A stretch of DNA of 64,000 nucleotides from Eledone cirrhosa (Eukaryota): positions 18,476,001-18,540,000 of the forward strand of contig OZ024759.1 in assembly GCA_964016885.1 (NCBI GenBank), in the 5' to 3' direction. The notes under the pieces are model-generated. The model saw nothing but the letters and a program-made list of their open reading frames with translations. It made no database searches and was not told the origin of the DNA. This document shows, in pieces, positions 1-12,834 of the stretch (positions are counted from its first letter, which is position 1; each line of letters opens with the position of its first letter). Made by a program: the position numbers and the translations under genes.

Positions 1-172
1 ATATGCTGGCTGAAATTTATCCTCTTATAGATGTGTTACTATAGACCGAGATGTGTGGTTCAAATCCCGCCGAGGTTAACTTTGCTTTTCATCCTTACGG
101 GGTCGATAAAATAAAGTACCAGTAATGTACTGGGTAATTGCTGGCCTTTTGCCTAAAGTAGAAACAATTATG
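1..172 (+). mobile_element. Nin/Deu-domain tRNA-derived SINE, 5'-partial
   Basis: B-box-like GGTTCAAATCCC, central TTTCATCCTTACGGGGTCGATAAAATAAAGTACCAG and tail AAAGTAGAAACAATTAT; many near-identical copies in the window. Confidence 0.8.
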
Positions 173-364
173 TACGTACTACGCTTTCTACACACAATGA
201 AGTCTACACAAGTACTAATTCCTGCGATATGGTGTTCAGACTAAACCTTCTACATACTACATACCATTGCGACCTGTCATAGCTGTAATATAACGTAAGG
301 ACTAACGACTTTACACGTCATGTGTATATATATATATTTATATATATATATTTATATATATATA

Positions 365-533
365 GGAACGATCGACTTTCGTCAAATCGGACCGAGGGAA
401 CAATGTTTCCGTCGGTCTTTCCAATTGCTAATACTACCTATCGGTCGCAACTCCAGGTAGAAGGAGCAACGTGAAATAAAGTGTCTTGCTCAAGGACATA
501 ACGCATCACCTGGTCCAGGAATCAAACTCACAT
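365..533 (-). mobile_element. tRNA-SINE fragment (CORE-like TCCTTGAGCAAGACACTT block)
   Basis: Reverse complement contains TCCTTGAGCAAGACACTTTATTTCACGTTGCTCC; related copy at about 24990-25185. Confidence 0.65.
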
Positions 534-543
534 ATATCGAACT

Positions 544-594
<51 letters not shown>

Positions 595-611
595 AAATGT
601 GCGTGAACGAC

Positions 612-942
612 CCAGCATAAATGTGTTGAGACAGAAACTGTGTCTGAGAGGGATAGAATGTAGTGTACGGGAGAGGAGACTGAGGTGGTATGGACATGTG
701 ATGCACATGGAGGATGACCGATGGGTGAAGAAGTGCCAGGAAATGCCAGTTGAAGGAAGACGTGGTAGAGGTAGACCACGAAAAACATGGGCGGAGGTGG
801 TGAGAACAGACCTCAGATCGTTGAAGCTCACGGTGGAGATGACGAAGGACCATGACGAGTGGAGAGATGCTGTGCTGAATAAGACCCGTCCTACCTTTTC
901 AAGCAGGGAAAAGCGGACGTAAAATGATGATGATGATGATGA
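612..942 (+). mobile_element. RTE-clade LINE, 3' fragment (ORF C-terminus plus (GAT)n tail)
   Basis: ORF 581-922 has RRLRWYGHV...GRRGRGRPRKTW...WR, the RTE C-terminal motif, followed by a (TGA)n tail. Confidence 0.88.
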
Positions 943-972
943 TATATATATATGTGTGATTGCGTGTGTATA

Positions 973-1033
<61 letters not shown>

Positions 1034-2034
1034 TAAAACATGTCTATAGAATCACAAGATCAAATATATACTATTTCCTCTCCCAATTAGCATAATTAAC
1101 TATATAAAAAATCGAATAGACCAGGCTATAAGAATGAGGCTTCTATGAAGAAATCTCCGACAAATAACCGAAACCAGCCCTTCGCGTCGGCCGTAGCGGA
1201 ATATTTATTGAATATTTCGACAGCGTAATCACCCAGATATAGTCAACTAAACAGAATTAGGTGTAAAATAAACTAGGAGAAAATAGAATACATTTAAATA
1301 CCTCTACCATGGTTTCGTCCGTATTTTGAGTTTTCCAATAATTATGTAATAATTATATAAACTCGAGCATATATGTATGTATGTGTGTGTAAGTAGATAT
1401 ATGTGAGAATGTGTGTGTGTATATATATATATATGTGAAAAGTAAATGGATAAACAAGATTGGGAAACGATACAGTACAATGCTTGATATAATCAGAAAT
1501 GATTTTTAACGTTTCATCGGAAGCTAAATCCGATATAAAAGAAATAGATAGAGAGTAATAATAATAATAATAACTATATATATATATATGTGTGTGTGTG
1601 TATATATATATATATAATGTGAGTGTATATAAGTAAATATATAAATGCATATAGAAGTGTGTGTATGTATATACATATGAACACAAGCAATTTCTTCCAG
1701 AGAATGAGAGAGAGAAAAAGAGAGTGATAGAGAGGAAGTGTGAAAGAGACATAAACAATCAACCCCCCAATACTCCTTTTATCGGCCTCAAAATTTTGGA
1801 AGAGAAAGTTGACCTCAGCAGGATTTGAACTCAGATACCTGGAACAAATGCCACAAAGCATTCTATCCGATGTTCTGATAACTTTGCCAATTCATTCGCC
1901 ACCTAATGTTTGTATGCCTTGAGTCAACAATGTGTTAGCATTTCATGCAGGGTGGTTCTTCTGAAAACAACAACAATCTCTGAAGATGAAATCAGTTCCA
2001 GTTCATTCTTTGAACTCATTAAACCACCATAGAC

Positions 2035-2190
2035 TAACAAAGATACTCTCGTGGAATGACCAAATGAGGTTTATTTTTCAACATAGTTTCTGGAAAGAAA
2101 CAATGCAGCTATTAATAAAACAAAAAAAGTTGAAATTAATGCATGAAAAATTTCACAGCACGAGCATCACTCCTTCATAATCAGCCGACC
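2035..2190. mobile_element. mariner-type MITE fragment
   Basis: Matches internal parts of the element at 30222-30771 and of 7570-7705 (inverted). Confidence 0.6.
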
Positions 2191-2464
2191 ATCATAGATT
2201 TTTGGCTTTCATTGTATTTTTATTGGAGAACTTTATATTTAGCAAGTGATATTCAACATAAATAATTAAGTATGTCAATACTCATCGTTTCCCATTTCTT
2301 AGAGGGTTCTAAACTCCACTACCAGGCTAAAATTTCTTTTGTAAAAAAAAAAAATATGGTGAAAGCTTTTATTTTTAATTTGAAATTCACTCGCTGTTTC
2401 AAAACAAACTTACTTAAATGCAAATAAATGAATTTATTCAAAAGCAAAAAGAAACCTTATTTAG

Positions 2465-2817
2465 TAAGAAAAAAAAAAAAGGGGGGGGTAACAAAAGGAA
2501 AAAAAGAATAGGGAAATATAGAAAAAAAGGAGAGAAAGAAAGAAGAAAAAGAACAGGAAAAGGAATGGGTGGCAAGAGCTCTGGTGTCGTAGAAGAGAGG
2601 GGGGAGGGTGATTGGGCTTTGGGCCTATGGCAAGGGGACAGGAGTGCTGTGCTCCGAGGACAAGACAGCAAAAGCATTCCCCCAGACGATGGCCAGTGAC
2701 ACATGCTGCAACAGCCACCCAACCTCACAGGGCTCCTTCCTCAGACAGGCCACCGACGCTCTGATCTTGCGGAAGAGCTCGGCAGTATGGGGTCCAAGTA
2801 CGCCTGAGGTCTCATAA
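2465..2817 (-). mobile_element. CRE-clade (RLE) non-LTR retrotransposon, 3' fragment
   Basis: Manual translation of the minus strand from about 2817 gives YETSGVLGPHTAELFRKI...WLLQHVSLAIVWGNAFAVL, resembling the ETxGxxG...QRxSxAIxRGNA C-terminus of CRE-type elements; followed by a pyrimidine-rich 3' region. Confidence 0.7.
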
Positions 2818-2842
2818 TTAAGTGTTAATTAGTAGCTATAAT

Positions 2843-3040
2843 GGATTCTACGTTAGGCACAAGGTCAGCAATTTTGGAGGGAAAGAAAGTCGATTGCATT
2901 AACCACCCCCTACTTGATTAACCACCCCCTACTTGATTGATACCATATTTCATTGACCACAGAACGATGAAAGGCAAAGTTGACTTCAGTCGGGTTTGAA
3001 CGCTGAACACAGAAAACATAGAGCTGGAACGAATAACACA
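2843..3040 (-). mobile_element. Nin/Deu-domain SINE, degenerate
   Basis: GATGAAAGGCAAAGTTGAC...GGGTTTGAAC; small local tandem duplication TTAACCACCCCCTACTTGA at about 2899-2937. Confidence 0.65.
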
Positions 3041-3044
3041 AATC

Positions 3045-3340
3045 ATTGTAAGTTCAATTCTCAGACCGGGTGATGTGTTGTTTCCTTGAGCAAGACACTT
3101 TATTTCACATTGCTCCAGTTTACTCAGCTGTAGAAATGAGATGATAGGGACTGGGGTCCATATCATTCCACTGTAAAGTGGTCGTGGAGGTGCCACAGCA
3201 AAAAAAGCACCCAGCACTCACTGTAAATGAGGTTGGTGTTAGGAAGGGCATCCAGCTGTAGAAATCGAGCCAGAATCAGTTCCCGTCCCACCCTTGCAAA
3301 CAGGGAAAAGCGGACGTAAAATGAAATGATGATGATGAAT
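3045..3340 (+). mobile_element. Meta-type tRNA-SINE with RTE-derived tail, 5'-truncated
   Basis: CCTTGAGCAAGACACTT, GGAAGGGCATCCAGCTGTAGAAA and tail CAGGGAAAAGCGGACGTAAAATG(ATG)n; other copies at 16155, 19367, 30349, 33508. Confidence 0.8.
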
Positions 3341-3719
3341 GATGATTCTTACCGAAGTTCTGAGGATTCTGCAAATTTGCCTCCTACCTGGTGCCATTTT
3401 AACAACTGAATGTTATTATCAGCTTTATTCAACTAGAAAAAAAAAGTGATTACTTAATATTTCATCTAATATAGAAAGAAAACAAATATATAAATATAGA
3501 ACACTGATTCGTCTGAAACATTTCCATAAACATAGACTAATGGCTTCACACACAGTGAGTACAGTTTAACAGGAAGTGTTAACAAGTAATTTAAGCTATA
3601 TCAATCATGCCAGCTTAAATAATGATTTCAAGGCTGCCAGCTGAAATGATAAAATTAAAAAGAAATGTGATGTAATAATAAACAGATTCTTTTGTGATAT
3701 AACACAGACAGAGACACGC

Positions 3720-3851
3720 ATACATATATATATGTGTGTGTGTGTGTATATATACATACATATATATATACATATATATATACATATATATATACATATA
3801 TATATACATATATATATACATATATATATATATACATATAAATATATATAC

Positions 3852-3946
<95 letters not shown>

Positions 3947-3959
3947 CATATATATATAC

Positions 3960-4054
<95 letters not shown>

Positions 4055-4055
4055 C

Positions 4056-4112
<57 letters not shown>

Positions 4113-4269
4113 TATAAATACATATATATATACATATATATATATACATATATATATATACATATATATATATACATATATATATATATAAGTATATATA
4201 TGTATATATATATATGTATATATATATATGTATATATATATACATATATATATATGTATATATATATAC

Positions 4270-4300
<31 letters not shown>

Positions 4301-4486
4301 CATATATATACATATATATATACATATATATACATATATATATACATATATATATATACATATATATATATATACATATATATATACATATATATATATA
4401 CATATATATATATATACATATACATATATATACATATACATATATATACATATATATACATATATATACATATACATATATATACA

Positions 4487-4520
<34 letters not shown>

Positions 4521-4528
4521 CACATATA

Positions 4529-4560
<32 letters not shown>

Positions 4561-4646
4561 CATATATATACTTATATATATATATACATATATATATATA
4601 CATATATATATATATACTTATATATATACATATATATATATATACT

Positions 4647-4682
<36 letters not shown>

Positions 4683-4727
4683 CTTATATATATATATATA
4701 CATATATATATATACATATATATATAC

Positions 4728-4758
<31 letters not shown>

Positions 4759-4872
4759 CATATACATATATATATATACATATATATATATATACTTATA
4801 TATATACTTATATATAGATATATATATAGATATATATATACATATATACTTATATACATATATATACATATA

Positions 4873-4961
<89 letters not shown>

Positions 4962-4975
4962 TTATATATATATAG

Positions 4976-5006
<31 letters not shown>

Positions 5007-5107
5007 CATACATATATACATACACATATATACATATATACATATATATATATACATATATACATATATACATATATATACATATACATATATACATATA
5101 TATACAT

Positions 5108-5142
<35 letters not shown>

Positions 5143-5536
5143 CATATATATATACATATATATATACATATACATACATATATATATATACATATACATA
5201 CATATATATATATACATATATATATATACATATACATACATATATATATATACATATATATATATACATATACATACATATATATATATATACATACATA
5301 TATATATACATACATATATATATATATATATATACATACATACATATATATATACATATACATATATACATATATATATATACACATATCTATATATCAT
5401 CACTATTATTATTATTATTATTATTATAGTATATATATATACACATATACATACATACACACACATATATATATATATTATCACTATTGTTATTATTATT
5501 ATATATAGATATATATATATAGATATATATATAAAT

Positions 5537-5598
<62 letters not shown>
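3720..5598. repeat. compound (TA)n/(TACA) microsatellite
   Basis: Direct reading of the sequence. Confidence 0.97.
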
Positions 5599-5601
<3 letters not shown>

Positions 5602-5974
5602 CAATTTTCTTGTATGATTAATAGATGAGTGTCTATCTTATAAATGTCATTAGTTGACATAGCAATTTTGCCCTCACTAATTTGTTGATTTGTTTGTTTG
5701 AATAATTAATGCTGATTGTGAAGCTGTGATCACTTAAACATCTTCCCATTAAATATGATAATAGTTCTATTTGTCTGCTTCTCTGTGATTGCATCTTATC
5801 CATCTTATCTGTGTTTAATTGTTACTCAGATAGATATTGTAATATCTTTTCAAATTTATCATTTGTAGAATATGCCGCAGAGATTATAACCTTTGTTGTT
5901 GTTGATGTTGCTGTTGTTGTAACAGTTCCGCGTCGTTTGCCTGTTATATGTCGTTGATTTAATGAAGAAAAAAT

Positions 5975-6830
5975 GGTTTCTGATTTAAGGTTAAGGCCAA
6001 GAATTTGGAAGGAGAAAGTCAATTAAATCAACCCCAGTGCATTATTGGTATTTTATTTTGTTGACGCCTGTCAGGATGAAGGACAAATTAACCTCGGTGG
6101 GATTTGAACTTGCAATGTAAAAAAGCCCCCAAAATGCCACAAAGCATTTTACCCAACGCTCTAACGATTCTGCCAATCCACGGCCCTTAAATAATGATTT
6201 CTAGTATAGACACAAAACCAGTAATTTGGAGGGAGGGGAAAGTCGATTAAATCGATCCCCAGTTTGTTACTGGTCCTTTATTTTATCGACCCCGTAAGGA
6301 TGAACGGCAAAGTTAGCCTCGGTGGGATTTGAACTCAGACCGTAAAGAGCCGTAACACTATGCTGCAAAGCATGGTGTCCGATGCTCTACCGATACTGCC
6401 AATCCACTGCCCTTAAATAATGGTTTCTGATTTAGGCACAGGGCCAAAAATATTAGGGAAAGGGAATGTCGATTAAATTGACTCCGGTGTGTTACTGGTA
6501 CTTTATTTTATTGACTACATAAAGATGAAAGGCAAGGATAACCTCGACGGGATTTGAACTCAGAACGCAAAGAGACATAACTCGATTTTGCAAGTCATGC
6601 TCTACCGACACTGCCAAATCACCTTATTGGTGTAATAAGTCCTAATTTAAGCCCAGGACTAACAATCTATAGGGAGGGAAAGGTCGATTACATTGACCTC
6701 ATTGCTCGTCTGTTATTTTATTTTATCAAGAACGGAAAGATGTAAGGTTAAGATAACCCCAGAGGAATTTGAACTCAGGACGGAAAGGGCTGGATCAAAT
6801 ACCAGAAAATATTTTTCCATCGTCCTCAGA
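5975..6830 (-). mobile_element. head-to-tail array of about 4 Nin/Deu-domain SINE units
   Basis: GGGATTTGAACT recurs at about 6100, 6325, 6550 and 6765 (about 220 bp period). Confidence 0.8.
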
Positions 6831-7569
6831 CCCCTCACCGTAATATAAATACTGCCGTTGATATGAATCCTGTCTTTACTTTGGGATCCAAGTTTTTTTA
6901 TCTGTCTTTGAAATGAATAGAATAAGGTGGCTTAATTTATATATTAACTCGGCACTTTTACAAACGGTTCAACCTTAATATTGTGCAGGAAGGCTATCCA
7001 TTCACTAATGTTGCACATATAAGTGGGCTTACATCTATTTCTATGAACAATAAGGGATCCATTGGGTATATAAAATATCCATTATAACTTCACCTTTTGT
7101 ATAATGCAGCTAATTTGTAAGATTAAAGCATTTCAAAGTTTTATTTCTATTTGCTTTAGGATGGTTTTCTTCAGTTCATGTTAAAATTTTGATTCACCTA
7201 TGCAAATTTAAAGTCTTCTGAATAGCTTTCTTATCTTAGGGTCTCTCAAGGCGACTTTGGGAAGATTCTTGTCAAACGTGACAAGATTTCGTCAGTGGCT
7301 TTTGTCATATTTCAGATCTTAACTTTCTCTTAATATTTTCAAATATCAAAAGTTGAAATGCCAGTCAACCTTTTTCGTCCATAACTGAAAAATGAACTTT
7401 AGAAGGATTAGAGCGTTTGATCTAGTTTAAATATAAATTATTAAAGTAGATTATGTTCCTGGGCCTCAGTCGATTTAGACTATGAATGCTTCTGTTGCTG
7501 GAACAATGTAACAGCCTGCTGGTGAAATTAACATGCAAGTATTTGAATAATCCATTGAGATGGCAATCA

Positions 7570-7705
7570 GCTGAAAAGTTCATAGGCTGATGCTAGAGGT
7601 GTGAAATCTTGCATGTATTCATTTTAACTCTTCTTATTAATAACTGCATTGTTTCATACCAGGGACTATGTTGAAAAATAAACCTCATATGGTCATTCCA
7701 TGAAA
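7570..7705. mobile_element. mariner-type MITE fragment
   Basis: CTGAAAAGTTCATAGGCTGA TIR-like start; homologous to 30222-30771; another piece at 8664-8760. Confidence 0.6.
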
Positions 7706-7974
7706 TATCTATATCTATATCAAAAGCATGTATTGAGTTAGAAACTCAAAATAGTCTCATTACAGCTCTGGGAAAAAGATTTTTCTGAGCCGTATATAAC
7801 TGAACAAAAAGGAAAAACGAACACAGACATATATATATATATGTGTTCAAATTGTATGGATCAAAATCGCTAAGGTGAAAAAGAAATACTAACTTCAGAC
7901 AATAGGGTGTGCTAGACTCAATTTAAGAATAAATTAAGAAAAATAAATACAAACCAGTATTGTGGTAACTACCA

Positions 7975-8057
7975 TCACCCAGACGGTCTTTGATAGAACC
8001 GTTTCGCAATATTATTTGTGAAGAGATATACCAAATTCCAGGCTCATCAGTGGGTGA
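7975..8057 (-). ncRNA. type I hammerhead ribozyme
   Basis: TCACCCA-CTGATGA-GC..ATTTG..CAAAT..GC-GAAA-CGGTTCTatcaaAGACCG-TC-TGGGTGA: 7-bp stem I, intact core, stem III, GUC cleavage site. Confidence 0.85.
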
Positions 8058-8392
8058 AGAAATTAGTATCCTCCTTACTTCTAAATCAAACGTAGCCGAA
8101 TATATCAAAAGTATGAATTAAGTTTTCCTTTTTTCTTTTTGTTCAGTTATATACGGCTCGGAAAAATCTTTTTCCTAGAGCTAATTTACTGTAATGAGAC
8201 TATTTTGAGTTTCTAACTCAATACATGCTTTTGATATATTCGGCTTCGTTAATTTGTAGAGCTATTTCAAATGTCGTGTAGACCCGGCTGCTATTTTTAG
8301 TGGCGCTAAGTTCGGGAACCATGTGCGTTATATACATACACACATTTTCCAGTTTTCTATTTGATTTAGAAGTGAGGAGGATACTAATTTCT

Positions 8393-8475
8393 TCACCCAC
8401 TGATGAGCCTGGAATTTGGTATATCTCTTCACAAATAATATTGCGAAATGGTTCTATCAAAGACCGTCTGGGTGA
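8393..8475 (+). ncRNA. type I hammerhead ribozyme (inverted copy)
   Basis: Same as 7975-8057 except GAAA-TGG, which gives a U-G pair in stem III. Confidence 0.8.
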
Positions 8476-10428
8476 TGGTAGTTTCCACAATACTGGTTTG
8501 TATTTATTTTTCTTAATTTATTCTTAAATTGAGTCTAGCAAACCCTATTGTCTGTAGTTAGTATTTTTTTTCACCTTAGCTATTTTGGTCCATTATGATT
8601 TGAACATATATATATATGTCTGTGTTCGTTTTTCCTTTTTGTTTATATATATATATATATATATACGAGTGGTTGTTTGAAAAGTTCAGAGGTTGACTAT
8701 AAAGGATTGATGCTAGAGCTGTGAAATCTTGTATGCATTTAGTTCAACTCTTCAGCTGACACACGTATGTGAAATTATAACGTAGTTCATAGAGAGGTTC
8801 AGTGTGACACACCATGTAACAAAAGTAGCTTCCTTTGAATTAAACTACAGGTGTAACTAATCTTTGCCAGCTGAGTAAGCAGCAGCAATGTGATATAACC
8901 TTTGCTTGAGAGGACAACGTGCCGATGGGAATCAAACTCATGACCTTACATTCTTAAACCAAACTCCTTAACCAATGAACCACATGCTTTCACAATTCAA
9001 GCTACTTGTACTGGAACTGTGATCAATAATGCCTTGTCGAAAAAAATCAATCAATTTATTTCGTTTTAATAAATTCAGTATCATGCTAATTAAATGTGAA
9101 TAACTTTAGGGGCGATTAATTAATATTCAAATTATTTTCATCCATCAGGAAACCACATTGCAGTTTGCACATTACCATGGCAGGAAGAACTGAAAGTGTT
9201 TAATGAACATTTTTACACATATTTATTTCTTTGATTTGTAGTAATAAACATGGCAAATTCTGTTTGCCGTTGCACTTTAAGACAGTGATTAGATGCTAGT
9301 GTGACAAGTAGAAGTTTTTTTTTATTTTTCCACTGAACATCTCCTGAATGTTTTTATCAATAAAACTGCTACAGATTTTCACTGTAGAGAAACACATTTC
9401 AAGAATTGTTTTACATTATATATTTGACGGAGTATCAAGGTGGTGAATTGACAGAGTTGTTTGAACATTGGATAGAGTTAGAGATAGGGTTAGAATGGTT
9501 TGTGGTATTCGTTCTGATGCTCTACTCTCAGAGTTAAAAAGCCCCCCGAGGTCACCTTTGTCTTTCATGTATTTGAGGTCAATGACGAAGATGATCATGA
9601 TGATGAATGAGAAGAAGAAGAAAACACCACCACCATAACCATCACTACTATTATGTGAACAAAATACACCACCACCACCACATCACAAAAAAACACAATA
9701 CCACCACCACCACTACCACATCCTCACAAAAAGAAACACCACCACATTACCAAAAGCATACCACCACCACCACCACCACATCAGCACCACCTTCGCATCA
9801 ACATAAGACATAACACTGCTATCACATGACCCTAAAACACACCGCCACCATACCATTAGTCTTGAAGAGCTAAGAAAGGTCATACATACAGCCCCATTCT
9901 CCAGATCAACAACCAGCCCTACCACAAAAAAACAAAAACAACAAACTAATACACAAACAAAAACTAAGTACAACAACAACAACAACATCAATAAAAACAA
10001 GAACAGAAACACATTAAGGTTTGCTTGGCTATCATGCTAAATTGATTAGAGTTGCAGTATTAGTAAATGGGTTACATTTTATATTTTTTAGAATTTCCAG
10101 AAAATGTACTTTTCTATTGTCACACATAGCACCCTTCATAGCAGACGTTTTATCGACTGCGGTATTAAATAACACCAAACATAACAAATATATTTTGATT
10201 GAAGAATTGCCAAGATATTTTGCCCAAAACTTTCAACAGATTAAACGTAATTTAGTTTCCTTTTGTACATCATTTAATTATTAATATTATTCTTGTCATT
10301 ACTGTCATTATTATTATTATTAACACTATCATTATTAGTTTTATATTTATCTTTATTTATTTTGTGTTTTTTGGGGGGACAATAATGAAGTCTTCGTCGC
10401 GAATTAATGGCGTTATTTTAAACCAATA

Positions 10429-10460
<32 letters not shown>

Positions 10461-10869
10461 GTTATTGTTATATTTATCTTTATTTATTCATTTTGTAGTT
10501 TATTTTGTTGTTTGTTTTGTTGTCTTTGTTTTTATTTTGTGGGCAATAATGGAGTCTTTATCATGTATTAATAGCATTAATGATGCTTTTCAACGAGGCT
10601 TACACGAATGACATTTCTGCGAAAACTATTCATTTCTCATCGGTATTGTAATAGGGAAACTTTCTGAAGACCTATTGTCTTCCTTATTGTTTAAGAAATT
10701 CAAGAAAAACATCAATATTTTCACCAGGTAGTTGCCATTTTGATACAAACCGGCCAAGTGCAAACAAAATAATTCTTTTCTTTTTTCTTTTTTAGACACT
10801 ACTACTATTACAACAACAACAACTACTACTACTGCTACTACTACTACTAATAATAATAATACTAATAAG

Positions 10870-11555
10870 GGTGATGATGCTGATGAAGATAATGATGATC
10901 AAGATGATGATGGTTATGATGATGGTTATGATGATGTTGATGATGGAGATGATGGCAATGAGGTTGATAATAAAGATGATGATAACGATGATGATAGAGA
11001 TGATGATGGTGATGAGGGTGATGATAAAGATGAGGATAACGATGATGATAGAGATGATGATGGTGATGAGGGTGATGATAAAGATGAGGATAACGATGAT
11101 GATAGAGATGATGATGGTGATGAGGGTGATGATAAAGATGAGGATAATGATGATGATAGAGATGATGATGGTGATGAGGGTGATGATAAAGATGAGGATA
11201 ATGATGATGATAGAGATGATGATGGTGATGAGGGGGATGATAAAGATGAGGATAACGATGATGATAGAGATGATGATGGTGATGAGGGTGATGATAAAGA
11301 TGAGGATAATGATGATGATAGAGATGATGATGGTGATGAGGGGGATGATAAAGATGAGGATAACGATGATGATACAGATGATGATGGTGATGAGGGGGAT
11401 GATAAAGATGAGGATAATGATGATGATAATGATGATGATAATGATGATAGTTATAATGATGATAGCTATGATGATGATAAAGACAACGATGAAGGTGATG
11501 ATGATGATTATAATGATTATAATGATTATAATGATGATAATGATGATGATGATAA
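10870..11555. repeat. (GAT)n-derived minisatellite, 54-bp unit, about 8 copies
   Basis: Unit GATGATGATAGAGATGATGATGGTGATGAGGGTGATGATAAAGATGAGGATAAC. Confidence 0.93.
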
Positions 11556-11589
11556 ATTACTATCATTGTTATTATTATTATTGTTGTTG

Positions 11590-12365
11590 GGCGGTGGATT
11601 GGCAGTATCAGTAGAGAGTCGGACGCCATGCTTAGCAACATAGAGTTACGGCCCTTTATGATCTGAGTTCAAATCCTGCCGAGGTTAACTTTGCCTTTCA
11701 TCCTTACGGGGTCGATAAAGTACCAGTCACGCACTGGGTAATTGCTGGCCTTGTGCCAAAAGTAGAAACAAGTATTATTATTATTATTAACCAACGGTTA
11801 TTACAGTGTTTTGCAGAGTTTGGGATTTTCAAATTTCACACACTCACCGCTTTGATAATTCACAAGACAGAGTATTATGTTTAGCCTGGATTTCCTAATA
11901 TGAGCTAGTATTCTGTTAGCAATCAATATTCCTAAAATAAAGTACCAGTAATGCACTGGGATAATTGCTGGCCCTGTGCCAAAAGTAGAAACAATTATTA
12001 TTATTGTAGTTGTTCTTTGTTACGGCCCTTGCCCTTCTGAGTTCAAATCCCGCCGAGGTTAACTTTGCCTTTCATCCTTACGGGGTCGATAAAATAAAGT
12101 ACCAGTAATGCACTGGGATAATTGCTGGCCTTGTGCCAAAACTAGAAACAATTATTATTATTATTATTCTGTCACGGCGGTGGGTTGGCAGTTTCGGTAG
12201 AGAGTCGAACGCCATGCTTTCCAGCATAGAGTTATGGCCCTTTACGGTCTGAGTTCAAATCCCGTCGAGATTCACTTTGCCTTTCATCCTTACGGGGTCG
12301 ATAAAATAAAGTACCAGTAATGCACTGGGCAATTGCTGGCCTTGTGCCTAAAGTAGAAACAATTA
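11590..12365 (+). mobile_element. head-to-tail array of about 4 Nin/Deu-domain SINE units
   Basis: Tail AGAAACAA(T/G)TATT recurs at about 11765, 11990, 12145 and 12355. Confidence 0.85.
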
Positions 12366-12624
12366 TTGTAATTGTTCTTTGGTTTGTTTGGTTTAAACAA
12401 TGGCACGGTACGTGCAGCGGAATCTAAAATGGTTTCCTTTACATTTTGGTAATAATTCACAATTTCGGGTTTGAAGAATTATTAACAAATCTTTAGAGAA
12501 AAACAAGAAAGAAAATTAAATGTTTTACTAGTTTTGGTGGTTAGAAGATTCTAGATTTTGGTTAAACTATTGTCAGGGAAGTGTAGCTTGATGTGGAGTA
12601 TAATTAAATGAATCATAGCATTTG

Positions 12625-12789
12625 TATATGTGTGTGTACATGTGTGTGTGTGTGTGTGTCAGTGTGTGTATGTGTATGTATAGATGTCTGAGTGTCTGAG
12701 TGTTTATGTATAGGTGTGTGAGTGTGTGTATATGTGTGTGTGTGTATATGTGTGTGTGTGTATATGTATGTGAGTGTATATGTATGTGA

Positions 12790-12834
<45 letters not shown>

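Larger units (their letters stand above)
7716..8643. mobile_element. fold-back, terminally redundant element carrying two hammerhead ribozymes (Penelope-like pLTR or retrozyme-like)
   Basis: 7803-8090 is the reverse complement of 8360-8643; 7716-7810 is the reverse complement of about 8135-8238; one hammerhead in each long arm. Confidence 0.75.

Noticed and set aside
1503-1545. Hairpin plus GAAACGTT on the minus strand
   Set aside because: No recognisable CUGANGA core, so too degenerate to call
3605-5604. Long IY/YI-rich ORFs (also at 26, 36, 45-46 and 52-60 kb)
   Set aside because: Translations of (TA)n microsatellites, which lack stop codons in any frame
6800-6832. CTGAGGA-cgatg-GAAA-AATATT-TT hammerhead-like string on the minus strand
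   Set aside because: No stem I or stem II pairing, and it lies at the edge of a decayed SINE; probably chance
6850-7400. Possible decayed GIY-YIG/Penelope ORF on the minus strand
   Set aside because: Only faint similarity with multiple stops; not supportable without an HMM search
10862-11641. His-rich 259-aa and Met-rich 247-aa ORFs
   Set aside because: Frames of a (GAT/CAT)n minisatellite; the His-rich ORF starts inside a SINE
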